Of a stretch of DNA of 64,000 nt, positions 1 to 13,267 are shown piece by piece. How positions within the stretch are numbered: position 1 is the stretch's first letter; every line of letters begins with the position of its first letter. The notes beneath the pieces were generated by a model. It was not told the origin of the DNA. It saw only the letters and a program-made list of their open reading frames with translations, and searched no databases. The position numbers and the translations under genes were made by a program. Source of the stretch: Octopus sinensis (Eukaryota). Where the stretch lies: the NCBI RefSeq assembly GCF_006345805.1, contig NW_021825710.1:124001-188000 (forward strand), read 5' to 3'.

Positions 1-145
1 CTTTTTGGGTGGAGTATCCCATATCTAGTCAGCAACTCTCTTGTCTTTCTGGCTAAGCTGTTTAGTTCGTCTACTGTCCATGCGATTACCCCTGCTCCAT
101 ATCTAAGGAGTGAAACCGCCCAGGTGTTGATAGCTTCAATATTAT
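1..145 (-). mobile_element. R4/Dong-like RLE LINE fragment (RT thumb region)
   Basis: Manual minus-strand translation IEAINTWAVSLLRYGAGVIAWTVDELNSLARKTRELLTRYGILHPK parallels LAINSLAVPVVTYS...RKIRKLL..NRMHHPK in the 19264..21087 ORF. Confidence 0.75.
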
Positions 146-188
146 TCCATCCGTTTAATTTCGGCTTAAGGATCACTTATTACTATTG

Positions 189-464
189 TCATCATCGTCA
201 TCATCATCATCATCATTATTATTATTATTACTGTTGTTGTTGTTGTTATTGCTATTTTGTAAAGTCTTCTTTTTATTGGAATGTAGATTGGAATGTAAAC
301 AAAAGAATATCAAGTAAGAACGGGAAACAACCAAGGAAAAGCAAAAACAATCAGTCGTATTGCTAAGTGCCCAGCGAAAAAAACTGTTTAATCTGGCATC
401 GGATCGAGTAGCATAATATTTGCTGGATGTCTTATGTCGCATGATACATTATTAAATAAGCAGT

Positions 465-522
<58 letters not shown>

Positions 523-867
523 ATAGAAGGATGGCATTTCATTCTTCTACGTGCCTCTATTATCGCTTTAAAAACAGCTGGAATCAAGGAAGTAGTGTAG
601 GAATTTCGGAAGTACAATTCACAACTATATTCTATTTAATCATTTGAATAATAAATGCCACACTCAGTTTCCTTTCGACAAATATATTAACATCTTCACT
701 GGCAGATTTTCTGGAAATGCTTATATACTCTCCCTAAAAACGTGTGGTTATAAACCAATATCATAGATTCATATATGGTACATATCGGACTCGAAATTTC
801 GAAATTCTTTCATTTACTTTTCATTAAAACCTCAAACTTGAAACCATATAAAATACTAACAGTACTT

Positions 868-945
<78 letters not shown>

Positions 946-1437
946 TAATGTATGTATATAAGTATCTATGAATGAATGAATGAATGAGTGAATGAATGAA
1001 TATGTTTTACTTAGGGGTTAAGTTTTTTTTTTTTGCCGAATTCAAGTCGGTCACTAACAAAGCCGGATAGCTCCCTTGTCTAAGTCGAGACCTCTTGTGG
1101 TTTACGGATGTCTGAGTTTATCGATGTGTGTGTGTATGTATGTGTGTGTACTTGTGTGGATAAATTTCCGCTCATGTTCTGGGTGTACGTGTATAAGTCT
1201 GTGTACGTGTGTGCTTCATTGCAGTTTATATAGGTGTATACCAGCGAGTATATTCCATATCAACATGTGACTGTTCAAATATCCGTACACATTAATGTAT
1301 GTATGTATGTATGTATGTATGTATGTATGTATGTATGTATGTATGTATGGATGTATGTATGTATGTATGTGTGTATGTATGTATGTATGTTTGTATGTAT
1401 GTATGTACGTACGTACGTATGTATGTATATATGTATG
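189..1437. repeat. Microsatellite cluster: (TCA)(TTA)(TGT) 189-250, (TAG)n 466-522, (CA)n 873-944, (GAAT)n ~969-1000, (TATG)n 1296-1437
   Basis: Directly visible simple repeats. Confidence 0.95.
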
Positions 1438-1439
1438 TA

Positions 1440-1632
1440 AGGTCACTTTTGAGTGCTACTGGTAACATGTAACCCAATACAACCTGTTGCATGGTCGGGT
1501 CGTCGGCGACTAAACCGGCAACCGCACCAAGCTTACTTGGTGAGGAGGGTGTTTATTGGACACCCTGCGGGATGAAAAACAAAACCCGTCAAAGGGCGGA
1601 GGAACTCTTGAGAGTCAACGGCCATCCAATAA

Positions 1633-1635
<3 letters not shown>
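1440..1635. repeat. Unclassified interspersed repeat between (TATG)n and (CT)n
   Basis: GC-richer island bounded by two microsatellites; resembles a repeat I recall from octopus DNA; not verified. Confidence 0.3.
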
Positions 1636-1685
<50 letters not shown>

Positions 1686-1689
1686 ATCT

Positions 1690-4127
1690 TTTCTCTTGTG
1701 AAAGAAAATATTTAATTTATAGGCCTTGCCTATAAATATTTTTTGTAAGAATGTAAATGGTTCTTCCGCCATTACAAATAAGGCGTCGGAGAATTTAAAA
1801 AGAATTAAATTAAAACAAATTTTCCTGAATTTTTTTCTGAGGAATTGGGTCTTTGCAACAAAACAGAGGTGAAGTTTCAAGTGAAAGAAAACGCTATACC
1901 GGTATTTAAACCAAAAAGAACGGTACCTTTTGCAGCGTTGAAACAAGTCAGCAAAGAATTGGTTAGACTTGAAAAGCTTGGCGTTATTGAAGAAATTAAT
2001 TACTCAAAATGGGCGTCCCCTACAGATTAAGTCAAGAAAAAAATAATAAAATCCGAGTAAGCGCTGATTTCTCAACGGGATTAAACGAATGCTTGATGCC
2101 ATATAATTACCCATTACCTAGTCCGGAAGAAATTTTCGCGAAGTTGAATGGAGGTAAAAGTCAATGAGGAATGATCAAAATTATTGACAATAAATACCCA
2201 TAAAGGCATTTTCCAACAAATTATGGACGTTATGTTCGCAGGTTCGGATTTCGCTGTAGCTTACCTTGACGACATACTCATAAAAATAAATCTCAGTATC
2301 AGCATGCTGAATATGTTAAAAAATTCTTCGAAAGAATAAGAGTACAGTTTTAAGCTCAGCGAGTTAAAATGTGAATTTGTTATGCCAAGAATAAAATACC
2401 TAAGACAGATTATTCATGAAAATGGATGCAGACCAGACACGCCTACGGCGAGTGCAAAAAAAATATGCCTCCCTCGACGAACATTACAACGCTACAAGCA
2501 TATTTAGGGCTTGCAAATTTTTTTTTACCACAAATATGATGGCTAATGCTGAATATGCGCGATTTAAGAGCACCCTTGAATAACTTGTTAAAAAAAGACG
2601 TTAAGTGGAACTGGTTGGACAAATGCCAAAAAGCTTTTGAAAAAATGAAAAAACGTTTTAACGTCGGAGTTGTTATCACATTTTGATCCGAATTTAGAAA
2701 TAGTGGTGGCAGCAGATGCTAGTGAAAGTGGTATTGGAGCTGTGATTTTACACAAGTATGAAGATGGTAGCCTGAAAGCAGTAGTTCATGCTTCACGTTC
2801 ATTATTGCCAGCTGATAGAAAAATAGGCATTAGCCATCATATTTGTGGTAAAAAAAAATTCCATAAATTTATACATGGAAGAAGGTTCCGTCTACAAACA
2901 GACCACCACCCATTATTGTTCATCTATGGAGAAAAAAAGGGGTATCCCCACTCATAGAGCCAATAGATTGCAGCGCTAGGGAACGATCCAACTGAATTAC
3001 GACATCATGAAAAAATTGAGACATGCAGATGATTTATCAAGATTAATACCAAAATACAGTGAACCACTAGAAGACACAAGTGATAGCGGTGTTAAAAGTC
3101 GAAAATGAAATTTTAAAAATATATTGTGCAATGTTGTGCGTGATATGTTGAAGGAAATAAAAATTAAGGCAGGAACTGACGAGTTTATCGTAAAAATGAA
3201 AAAAAATAATGAGATCAGAAGGAACATAAAAAAATACGTGTGGCTGGACGTAACACTGTTTCAAATTTGTATTCGATATGTGATAATGTGCGTAATGCCT
3301 ACCTCACTACAAAGTCAAATGTTAAAGGAATTCCAGGAATTTCTAGAATAAAGTCACTAATGAGTGTTATGTTTACTGGCCAAAAATGGATCTAGATATC
3401 AAGGAGTTGGTAAAATCCTACAGAGGATGTGCTCTTGCAGCGAAGTCACCACCTGTTTGGGCCACCCTTGGCCCAAAACCGATATTCCATTGTCCAGAAT
3501 ACATATACACTTCGCAGGACCGTTAAATCGATCATATTATCTAATAGTGGTAGACAGTTTTACTAAATAGCCAGGAATATGTAAATTAGTAAACCGACAT
3601 CCGACGTGATAGTTGATGACGCAACATTGACGCAATTCTTGAGGGTTTATAGGATAACACCAAACCCAAACGCTTTTTCAGGCAAGTCGCCTGCGGAATT
3701 AATGCTTTCTCGAAAAATAAAGTCAATTTTCCACAAGCTGCTACCGACAAGAATAGCAACTAGGGAAAACACTAAAAATACGACAAAGTTTTTTTAATTT
3801 CGGTGACAAGGTGTTTTTCAAAATATATAAAAATGGAAGACAGGGTTGGGAAGACGGTGTAGTAACAAAAAAAAAAGGCAAAATGACATATATGATAAGA
3901 GGCGAAAATGGAAACACAAAAGGCATTTAAACTAGTTTAAAATAGATATACAGAACAAAAAGATACCCATGGAAGTGTTCTATGACACCTTTGATGTTCC
4001 AACGCCACAAGGAATCGAACCTAGGCGTAACAACACAAGAAAGAGAAAACAAACAGAACTGTTGGAAGTAGTGACTAAACGGAAGAAATATTAAACTTTC
4101 CAAGGAGGAAAATCTCAAAAAGGGGGA
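1690..4127 (+). mobile_element. pol: Ty3/Gypsy LTR retrotransposon pol, decayed and 5'-truncated (RT, RNase H, integrase)
   Basis: PVFKPKRTVPFA...LEKLGVIEEINYSKWASP (1845-2030); YLDD at 2262-2273; RNase H VAADASESGIGAVILH...TDHHPL (2670-2957); integrase LSRIHIHFAGPLNRSYYLIVVDSFTK (3364-3570); RT-RH-INT order; many stops and frameshifts. Confidence 0.9.
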
Positions 4128-4455
4128 TGTGATGAAACAAAAATAAAGAAATAGAAATATTAACTTCCAACGGAAGTCAATCTCAAAAGAGATGTGGCGA
4201 GAGTCATTGACACCCCTGGTAGATTGGAAAATGGACTATCTGAACCCTTATAATGAGTAGTGATCAATAGTAGTCGGTGAGGGCGTTTTGGTAGTCTCGC
4301 GAGTTGTTGTGTTTTAGTTGCAGTTGAGTCCGCTCCTTGTGAGTTGTGTTGCATTGTTGATTTGCTGAATTGTTGAAACCGTTATTGACTGGAATCGTTG
4401 GAATTATTGTAGTTAACTGGAATTTATTTTTTGAGTGAAGTTAATAATACTACCA
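4128..4455 (+). mobile_element. Putative 3' LTR of the Gypsy element
   Basis: Polypurine tract AAAAAGGGGGA (4117-4127) immediately followed by TGT; candidate CA end at 4454-4455 is a guess because no 5' LTR is available for comparison. Confidence 0.5.
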
Positions 4456-4459
4456 TAGA

Positions 4460-5690
4460 AGGTAAACCAACTGGCAGTTACGCTGTGGTGACCGGTAAAG
4501 GCCTGTCAGTAGAGGTACTGCAGGTCCACGAAATTAAATTAAAAGAGAAAAACTATAAAAAATATAACGGTTTACTGAAGAAGGTGGGAGACAGCCTGAG
4601 GTTGACGTCCCCTAAAGAAATGCTGGAAAAAAACAGAAAAAAGAACCATTATATATAGAACGTTAAATGTGTCAACAAAAAAAGTGGAAATAGTAGCAGA
4701 GGAAGAGATAGAAGAATATCTTCGAGAAATAAAAGACAGTACGACATTTTACACGAGGGAAAAAAAGTATGGCACAGTAGAAGTACGCTCCATAAGCAAA
4801 GAGAAGCGAGGAAGCACTCCACTGTGCCTCTGAGATCAGCCGAGTGGGAACTTCTACCTCCTTACTGTGGCAAACGTGCAGCCAGAGTAAGGATAGGTAG
4901 AGTGCCCCCAGAAATCGATGAGACGAGGCTGGTGGCAGCCATCCTCTATAACTCAGAAGATGCACAGGCGATAAAGATATCCAGAACGACGGAGGTAAAC
5001 TGGTAGAGATATGCAGAAGAGCTGGTGCTACCTGATGACACGAGATTGAAAATCGTTGTAGAAGGGAAACCCGGTATGTTACGCATGTGGAATAAGGGAA
5101 CACATGAAAGCAAAGTGCCCCCAGAAACGCGAACAGGAGGAGGCGGAGAAGGAGCGTCAGGAAGAAAAAGGTGCAACTGCAGAGGAGGAGGAGGAAATGG
5201 TGGAAAATGCAATGGTAGAAAGAAAGAGAAGTAACGTGGAATCTCCACCTAAAAAGGTATGGAAGGCAGAGGAGAAAAAGAATGAGAAAAGAAGGAAAGA
5301 GGAACCAACTGAGGAACAAACACAAAGACAGTTGCCTTCAACTAGTAAGGAGGAGGAAGGACGGAAAAGACACTTGAAAGTGAGAAGGAAGGACAAACAA
5401 AGGCGAGAATACTAGCAACAGAGGTAGAGAGTGGTGAGGTACCGCAGAGAGAGAACCACCGAAGGGGAAACATGAAAGAGTGATGGTTTGTTACAGAAAG
5501 AGTGTGGGGATAGAGAAGAGAATTTCCAAAATGAAAAATGTAATAAGGATCAAACTGGCTGACAAAGAGGAGAATCGAAATGAGAAAGCTGTGTTGTTGG
5601 AGCAGGAAGGTTGCAGGAAATATTTGGAGACAGAATAGATACAACAGGACTTCGATTTCGCTACGATGATTTGCCGTCAGTGATAATATT
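4460..5690 (+). mobile_element. Tx1-clade LINE ORF1 fragment (decayed, no ORF2 attached)
   Basis: KYNGLLKKVGDSLRLTSPKE, RIGRVPPEIDETRLVAAIL and LKIVVEGKP align with KYQSLLKKEGDNVKLFPPNE, ITVTDIPPEIDVDFIIAAIL and LMVIVEGRKP of ORF 38164..39639. Confidence 0.8.
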
Positions 5691-8235
5691 TTAAGTATTT
5701 CTTTATTGCCCACTAGGGACCGACAAAGATGGGGACAACACAACCTGATTTGGGGTAAGATGTTCGATATGTAATTACAATAAAATGAAGTTAAAAATTA
5801 AAGTATATATAAACGAATGATTATACATTACAAAAGGATAATACAAATTGAATGGAGTTTGGGTTCAGTCCCGACACCACGAGCCCCAGTCCACCACTGA
5901 TACTTTTTTACACTTTATAGCATATTCACTCGCAACACTCGTGCTACATACTTCCATTTTTCGTTGAACATTTTCTCCGACAGACACCTCTTCTCCAGCC
6001 ACACTTTCCTTTTCAGGTGAAAAGCGAAATACCTTTGTAAGGCGCGGCTGGAGATAAAGCTGCCTGTCTTGACTCCTTTCATCCTTGTCTTCCACACCGC
6101 CTCTTTCGCTATTGCTACTACGATGAGAAAGCAATTCTTAACTTCATTTGTTAAAAATCCAGGTGGGTCAATTTTTTTTTGATTGACTCAGCCGACAGCT
6201 GTACTCTCCCTGTGCCAGACAACAGATGTTCCGCATAAGCCCACATTTCCGATACTTCCGGACACTGAACAATAGCGTGCGGGACGGTTTCTCTAACCCG
6301 CGCACATCTTGGACAGGTCGATGATTGGCGTTTACCATGTCTTGCAAGCTTAATCCAAACGGGTAAGGCACTTCTATAACATTACCAGGTCAAGGACTTT
6401 TGGAAATTATCCGACGACCTCAACCCGAACGAATGAAGGAACAGGCTGTCAAGTTGAATATACTCGAGACCCAGAGTCTCCCCCATCGTCACATTCAGCC
6501 TCTACTAACCCTCTATAGAAGAATGCTGTAGAACCCCCACCGCTGGCATTACCCGAGCAACAGAAAAGCAAGAGGGCCTTACGGCACTCCGTATGCCATG
6601 CACTCAACCCCGATCTACGAAAGCACCAGTCTTCCCTTCCGCAAAAACTAGCGAACTCGGAGAACATTTGTCTTGCTAGCATAGAACACACCCGTTCACC
6701 ATCCCGGAGAATCCAGTGATGCCTCAACCTCAGCGCATGTCTGCGCATCATCAACCAAGGCATCCCTAATCCTCCTTTTAACGGTCTTTGGCAACAGATA
6801 GAGTTTCGCAAAAGTGGCGATGTGTTCTTCCATAAAAGCGGAAGAGCTCTCTCTCTAATTTAATTAACGACGAATCCGGGCAAGGAACGACGGTCAGGTG
6901 GTAGGTAATGACCGATGCGATAAACACATTGGCCACCTCCGCCCCCCCTTTCAGGGATAGCCACCGCCAGGACCAGGTCTTGACTACGGAGGCAACCCTG
7001 TTCGAAACCTCAGCCCACTTTTTCTCTACCTGGAGATCTGGTCTAAACCAGAACCCTAGCAATTTAACCGGTCCCTCCATCCAGCGTCCAACGACGCTAT
7101 CCGAAGACATCGACTTGCCCTTCCAGGTGCCGACTGATTTTTTCCCGGTTAATCTTTGCTCCTGCCATCATTCCGTAAACCTCAATAGCCTTACCTACTA
7201 CATGTAGGCGTGCCATTGTGGTCACACTGATGGTGACGTCATCCGTATAAGCTGAAACAAATTCCTCATACCACTCCCCGGCGTACAGATCTGGATATAA
7301 ACCCATTCTGTTGCCAGTTCGCATACACATTGGCCAGCAGGTGCCCGAACAAGTCTGGCATACACTTATATAGCTCGTAGAGAAGATCATCCAGTCCCAG
7401 CGACCTACCCGCGTCACAGTCTGCCATAGCCTCAGACACCTACTCAGGCGTAATCGGCCCTTCACAAAACTCCGCATCCGGCTCCGAGAGGCGCGGCAGC
7501 CCGGCAAGGAAGCCTCAAAGTCACCCCTACCATCCGGCCCGCCGCCACTCCCGAACAGCCGGGCGAAGTACTCCAGAAAGGCCTCACACATTTCCTCGGG
7601 TTCGTTTACCAATACACCTTGATGATTCACCATAGACCGAAGAGTGGAGTCATTTCTACGTTGAGCTTCCACCGTTCAGGCCCATCCAGCGGCCTTGATT
7701 CATTCACAGCCCATTGCACGCATTTTAGCTCTGACAATGCACCCATCTGTTGGGCTTCGAGATGCTGGTTCAATTCCAGTCCCTTCACCTTCACTTGGTC
7801 CACTATTTGCTTTTAATGATGGTACCCGTTAACGTCCTCTGAATTAACTGCTTAATCCGCTTTCTATACTCCTCAATCACCAAAAGGGACGTTTTGAGTT
7901 TCCAGTAGCCAGATCCCTGTCTATGCAGCATATCTTCGTTCAGCTTACAGGTAACCATTTTGTGGTCACTGTTGGTAACTGGATAAAACTGTGAACACTT
8001 AACTATACTCTTATCTGCCTTTCTAATCAAAGTCCTATCTAAATATGATCGGGAAGACCCGTCGCTGTTTGACCATGTCCACAATGGAGCGTCCAGGTTT
8101 TCCAACCTATATGGGTCTGCCAGCTGGAAATAGTTTAGCAGATCCCGAAAGCCAGGGTTACATGTCCTATCCGGTCTCCAGCCAACACAATCTACGCGCG
8201 CATCGCAAAATACGGTTACGCTGGAGCCCAACCTT
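5690..8235 (-). mobile_element. Tx1-clade LINE ORF2, 5'-truncated with internal deletions, 3' UTR ending AATAAAGAAAT
   Basis: ORF pieces 7803..8231 (WTWSNSDGSSRSYLDR, SDHK, GSGYWKL), 7097..7672, 6778..7110 (LSLKGGAEVANVFIASVITY), 6449..6811 and 5865..6134 are collinear with 40078-43315; 3' end at 5697-5707 matches the end at ~43525. Confidence 0.9.
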
Positions 8236-8259
8236 TATTCGAACAAAACAACTTTTATA

Positions 8260-8759
8260 GTCATTCTATATAAACTCAGTACTAATTCAATTAGTATCAA
8301 TATTATAACCACTAATTCAATAAACTTAAGTTAATTTAAAAACTATAATGTAATTAATATTCATTAATACTAGTACAAATTATAACTACAAATTAGAAAC
8401 AAAAATAGGGTTTAAATATACTCGCTATTTATCTAAAAATTTATTATATAAGTTAAGTAATTTGCATCTAAATTTAATTTTACACTTGTCCAATGAATTA
8501 ACTAATTTATTATGATTATTAAGTATTATTTTTTAAACTCACTAGAACATAATAAACAGGAATTACTACCTATACTATATGATTTCGCCTTGCAAATTAT
8601 CTCCCACTTTAAATTATACTTAATTCGTTGAGATTTAAGTTCCCATATATATTTACTAAGCCCAACAGAGTTCATAAGATTTATACTCTTAAAGGAATGC
8701 ATATGCTGAGCCATTCTTAATTTAATTTTTGAAGTAGACCCTATATAGATTGCGTTTAA

Positions 8760-8829
<70 letters not shown>

Positions 8830-10340
8830 TCATCAATTAAAGTAACGATACATTTATAAACAACATCATGTAAATTACATTTATTATTAAATTTACAATT
8901 ACTTTTATCTCTACATGTACAATCAATGAGAACGTTATCTTTATTATTATTGGTATCATTATAAAATTTCACTTTATAAAAGTTATTCAACTTAAATTTA
9001 TTAAAAGAAGAAATAATGTTACCTACATTATTATTAGTAGAATAACCAACTCCAAAATAATTACTAGAGAAAATTTTTTTTATATTTTCGATTATCATGA
9101 ATAAATTGTTCAATAATATTTAAAATCTCTTTAATAATATTAGTTTTAACTTCAGCCCCATAAGGAACCATTAACCAAATTTTATTCCTATTATTTATGT
9201 TATTGTTATTATTATTAATATTATCATTATTATTAATATTATTATTATTAATATTATTATTATTGTTGTTGTTGTTGTTGTTGTTATTATATTTCTTTTT
9301 AATATTATTAAAATTATTATTATTATCATTATTGTTAAAGAATTTAATATTATTATTATATCCTGCCTCTCGCAGGGCTTCATTATAGTAAGGTGCATGT
9401 TTATTGAAAATCTCTAAATCATAAGAAAGTAATGATATTCGTTTACTAATATTATTCTTAATTGAGGATGGGTGATTACTATTAGCATTTATATATCTAA
9501 GGCTTTCATTAAATTTATGATATGGTTGGGTTTTACCCGTTAGTAAATTAAAATTAACATCTAAATAATTTACATTATAGTTCCCTTTATATATAGTAAT
9601 ACTTAAACCATACCTTTTAAAGAAACTATATAGTTTCTTCTTATATAATACAAGTTTTCTATTAGTGCAATTCTTAATAATTAATAAACGGTCATCTCTA
9701 TATAAACCACCCTCTAACTTTAAATTTTCTAATTGAAGTTCAGATAATAAATAAATACCTACTAAATCCATAGCTTGTGCAGAATCGGGTGCCCCCATAG
9801 GTATATCAAAATAGTCCCTAATATCCTTCCTAGCCAATAATTTATTATTATATCTAATAAACGATTTCCTAGCCATTTTAATTACATTAACTTCATCATA
9901 AGTCATTCCTACCTTATTCATTGCATATATTAGGGCCTTATTAAACACAATTTCATTAATAGAAGAGTAATAATTATCTATTTGAATAAATTTATATCAA
10001 TTTTTTTTCTTTAATATTATAAAACCAATTTAGAGTATTATTTTTACTAGTCCATAAGTTTAGGTAGTTTAGCTTATTTAATTTATTAATATATTTATCC
10101 AATATTAATTTACTCAATTTACCAAGGTCTGATTTACATGGACAAATTAATCTAACTTTAGGGTCTGAATAAAAATTATCCTTATCGTCCTTCAAAGTAA
10201 TTCTAGGGTGCATAAGTACATAAGGTTCAGCTTATTATCTAACTTGTAATTCATCATTACTAATTTAGAGGCCTTATTTATAGTATAAAGTGTATTATCT
10301 GGAACAATTTTATATTTTTTAATTATCTCTTTCTCTAATA
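8260..10340 (-). mobile_element. Penelope-like element, Naiad-like (RT + C-terminal GIY-YIG), very AT-rich, 5'-truncated
   Basis: ITLKDDKDNF...RLICPCKSDLGKLSK; RT FDIPMGAPDSAQAMDLVGIYLL...GLYRDD; EN CTC..C, VVYKCIVT, YIGST, LSKYIWELK, KWEII, CLLC..E; frameshifts separate ORFs 9992..10213, 9064..9948 and 8526..9113. Confidence 0.85.
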
Positions 10341-10349
10341 TGTTATCCA

Positions 10350-10565
10350 CAGTAGCCCAGTGGATGTTAACATAAAACTGAAGATCAGTGAAAAAGTCCA
10401 AACCTTCGCTGAATTATTGAGAAATCTGCAGTTACTCTATCGAGATTACAAGTTCAGGTTTATTCCTGTAATTATTGGGGCACTGGGATATATAACACAC
10501 TACCTAAATACCAATCTTGAGAAACCAGGAAGGGGGAAACTGATTCGAAAACTGCAGATTCAAAA
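10350..10565 (+). mobile_element. RLE LINE C-terminal fragment
   Basis: PVDVNIKLKISEK...FIPVIIGALG, the same terminal motif as IPVIVGALG in the R4-like copies. Confidence 0.65.
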
Positions 10566-10705
10566 CTTTCCAGAAGTTTATCCTTTAAGTATATATGAGT
10601 ATGCATATGCAAGTATATCCATGAGAAGACATACATAAAACAAAAGATACAAATCTGCACGTATACTTACAAACATACATACATACATACATACATACAT
10701 ACATG

Positions 10706-10761
<56 letters not shown>

Positions 10762-11274
10762 GTGGCACAGTAAAGTGCGACACGCAACTATGTATGAATA
10801 AACTGCTTGAAGCAATACTTGAAGTCGACTTTGCTGTGTTGCTATTTATAATATAAATGTTTTGGGCGCTGAGTTAGGAAGTGAGATAATGAATGTATGC
10901 ACAACTAGAAAAATAATTATTAAAACGATAGAATGAAAATCACTGTTTCTACTGCTGCTGCTGCTGCTGCTTCCGCCTCTTCCCCCTGCTACTATTGTTT
11001 CCAACATTGCTACTGTTACTGCTACTACTGTTGTTTGTGATAATGATACTGAGATTGATATTGAGTTTTTGCTTTAGAGATAGATAATTGCTACTTTTTT
11101 TATTGCTGATAAAACGAGGGTCGTCACTCATATAATGAATTAAAGTCATCCATCATCGTTGGTAATCAAACGGCAAAAAATAAGCCATACGAATACAAAA
11201 CAAAAAGAGGAGGCAGGGATGATAGATAGACAGACAGAGAGACAAAAATAGATAGATAAACAATGAAATATGGT

Positions 11275-11435
11275 GTTGTATTTAGGAATGGTCATGTTGC
11301 CAGTTTAGCCAATAAAAACACACGCACTATATATTTGGTATTAATTTGCTTCAACTTTATTTTATATTAATCTTAATCTTATTTCAGCCAGAGTTTATTG
11401 GCTAAACTGGCAACAAGACCATTCCTAGATACAAC
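11275..11435. mobile_element. MITE-like foldback with 42-bp terminal inverted repeats
   Basis: 11275-11316 is the reverse complement of 11394-11435 with 2 mismatches. Confidence 0.7.
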
Positions 11436-11880
11436 AACATCTGTTTCAACACACGATTTCACATCAAGAATCTTGCAAAACAAATATATAAACGTAACAA
11501 TGAAATAGTTATCTCAGAAAACTTAGGTCTATTAAAATTATTTCGAAGGTTGCCAGATTTTAAAAATTAATCTAATTCAGCCTTGGTTATCTCACATCCA
11601 ACTTATTTCCGACCTCTGCACTGAATCATTTTTATACTTGGCTGGTTTTTACCGTTCTGAATATCTTCGAACTCAACGATATAAGAAAGCGAATTGAAGT
11701 CTGAATTTGCTTTTATGCTAAGGCCTTATCTAATAAACCATGTTGACATCCAAACTTTATGCTACTTTGTTTAATTCTTTTGGATGCGTCGGTGGTTGGA
11801 TGTCACTGTAAAAGAGAAAGTATGAGAAAAAAAGGCAGGCAGACAGACGGATGGACAGACAGACAGACTGATTGATTGAC

Positions 11881-11924
<44 letters not shown>

Positions 11925-12962
11925 AAAGTAATTGTACAAGGCTCAAGTTCTGCAATTACGTCAGTGCAATATACAGTTGAATATTTGTGATGGGGCCATG
12001 CAAGAATATAATACAGTACCAAAATACAATCACGTTTCTGCGCATGACTAACATAATGTTATGCACGGTTAAAAATTTCTAACCGTTCTATAATCATTAA
12101 ATACAGGGTAATGGGGGGACAACAGCTTTCTGTTGGAAAACTTCACGTTTGAAGTCATGCGAGTGATCAACTGAGTGCGAGGTCAATGATAGGAAATGCA
12201 AAATAATCGAGTTTGTACTTTGGTGACTGTAAACTATACGATTAATCAAGCTTGTGGAAAGATTTCAAGATGCACTGGATCACTGAATTATTACGATGAC
12301 TAGCCAAAATGATGTACAGAATTCAGCAACTTGGTTTGTGAACAATCAAATAAAAGAAAAAGAACTAGCGTAGCCATGTAAATATATCACAGAACAGACA
12401 GATTTATGTGTTTAGAATTATGATTATTCAGGCGTATCTATTCTGCACACAGGCCGGGTAATATATAAAATACGTTCGGCAACGTTAAACTATGATAGCA
12501 CAAAAATAAATATACAAACATGAACCCGAATGACTTACTGCACATGCTTAAATAAATATATGCAAAAAATTAGCATATATAGGAACAGCCAATTTTAGTG
12601 TATATTGATGTAATTCCCTAGATGGTAAGAGAAGCTGAGATTCGTAATAAAATGTTTACTATTCAACATCAAAAGAACTCTGTGTATGTGTGTGCACGCG
12701 CGCACGTATGTGTGTATCACTACCGGGAAGTAATATTCTTGGGGTCGTAAAGTTCGGACGAAACATTGCCCCACCCCTGCAGCACCATGCACATATAATT
12801 ATCTAATATTTTTTACACTTTCTACAAATTAGATGGCAAGAGTGGATATATTTTAATAATTGAGAAGCCCCACGCCGGTCAAAATCATAGCGACGCTCAA
12901 GAATATGCACAGATGTATATGAATGTATGTGTATGTGTGTGCGTAAGATACACACACACGCG

Positions 12963-13027
<65 letters not shown>

Positions 13028-13028
<1 letters not shown>

Positions 13029-13123
13029 AGAAGCTTACTTCCCAAGTACATGGTTCCGTGTTCAATGGCACTGCGTAGCATCCTGTGCAAGTGTCTTTTA
13101 CTATAGCCTCGGCTCGACCAAAG
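13028..13123 (+). mobile_element. tRNA-derived SINE, 5' part
   Basis: Matches the head of the SINE at 53257 (agcttgcttaccaactacatg...ctatagcct...gaccaaag). Confidence 0.75.
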
Positions 13124-13267
13124 TTTCTGTCTACCAAATCCACTCGCAAGACTTTGGTCGGCCTGAGGCTATAGAAGAAGACAGTTGCCCACAGTGCAAC
13201 GCAATGGGACCGAACCCAAAACCATGTGGTTAGGAAGCAAACTTCTCATCACACACCCATGCCTGCG
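13124..13267 (-). mobile_element. tRNA-derived SINE head, inverted relative to the adjacent copy
   Basis: Reverse complement matches 53257-53405. Confidence 0.8.

Noticed and set aside
8230-8525. Hammerhead in the 3' UTR of the AT-rich PLE
   Set aside because: No CUGANGA core found on the element strand.
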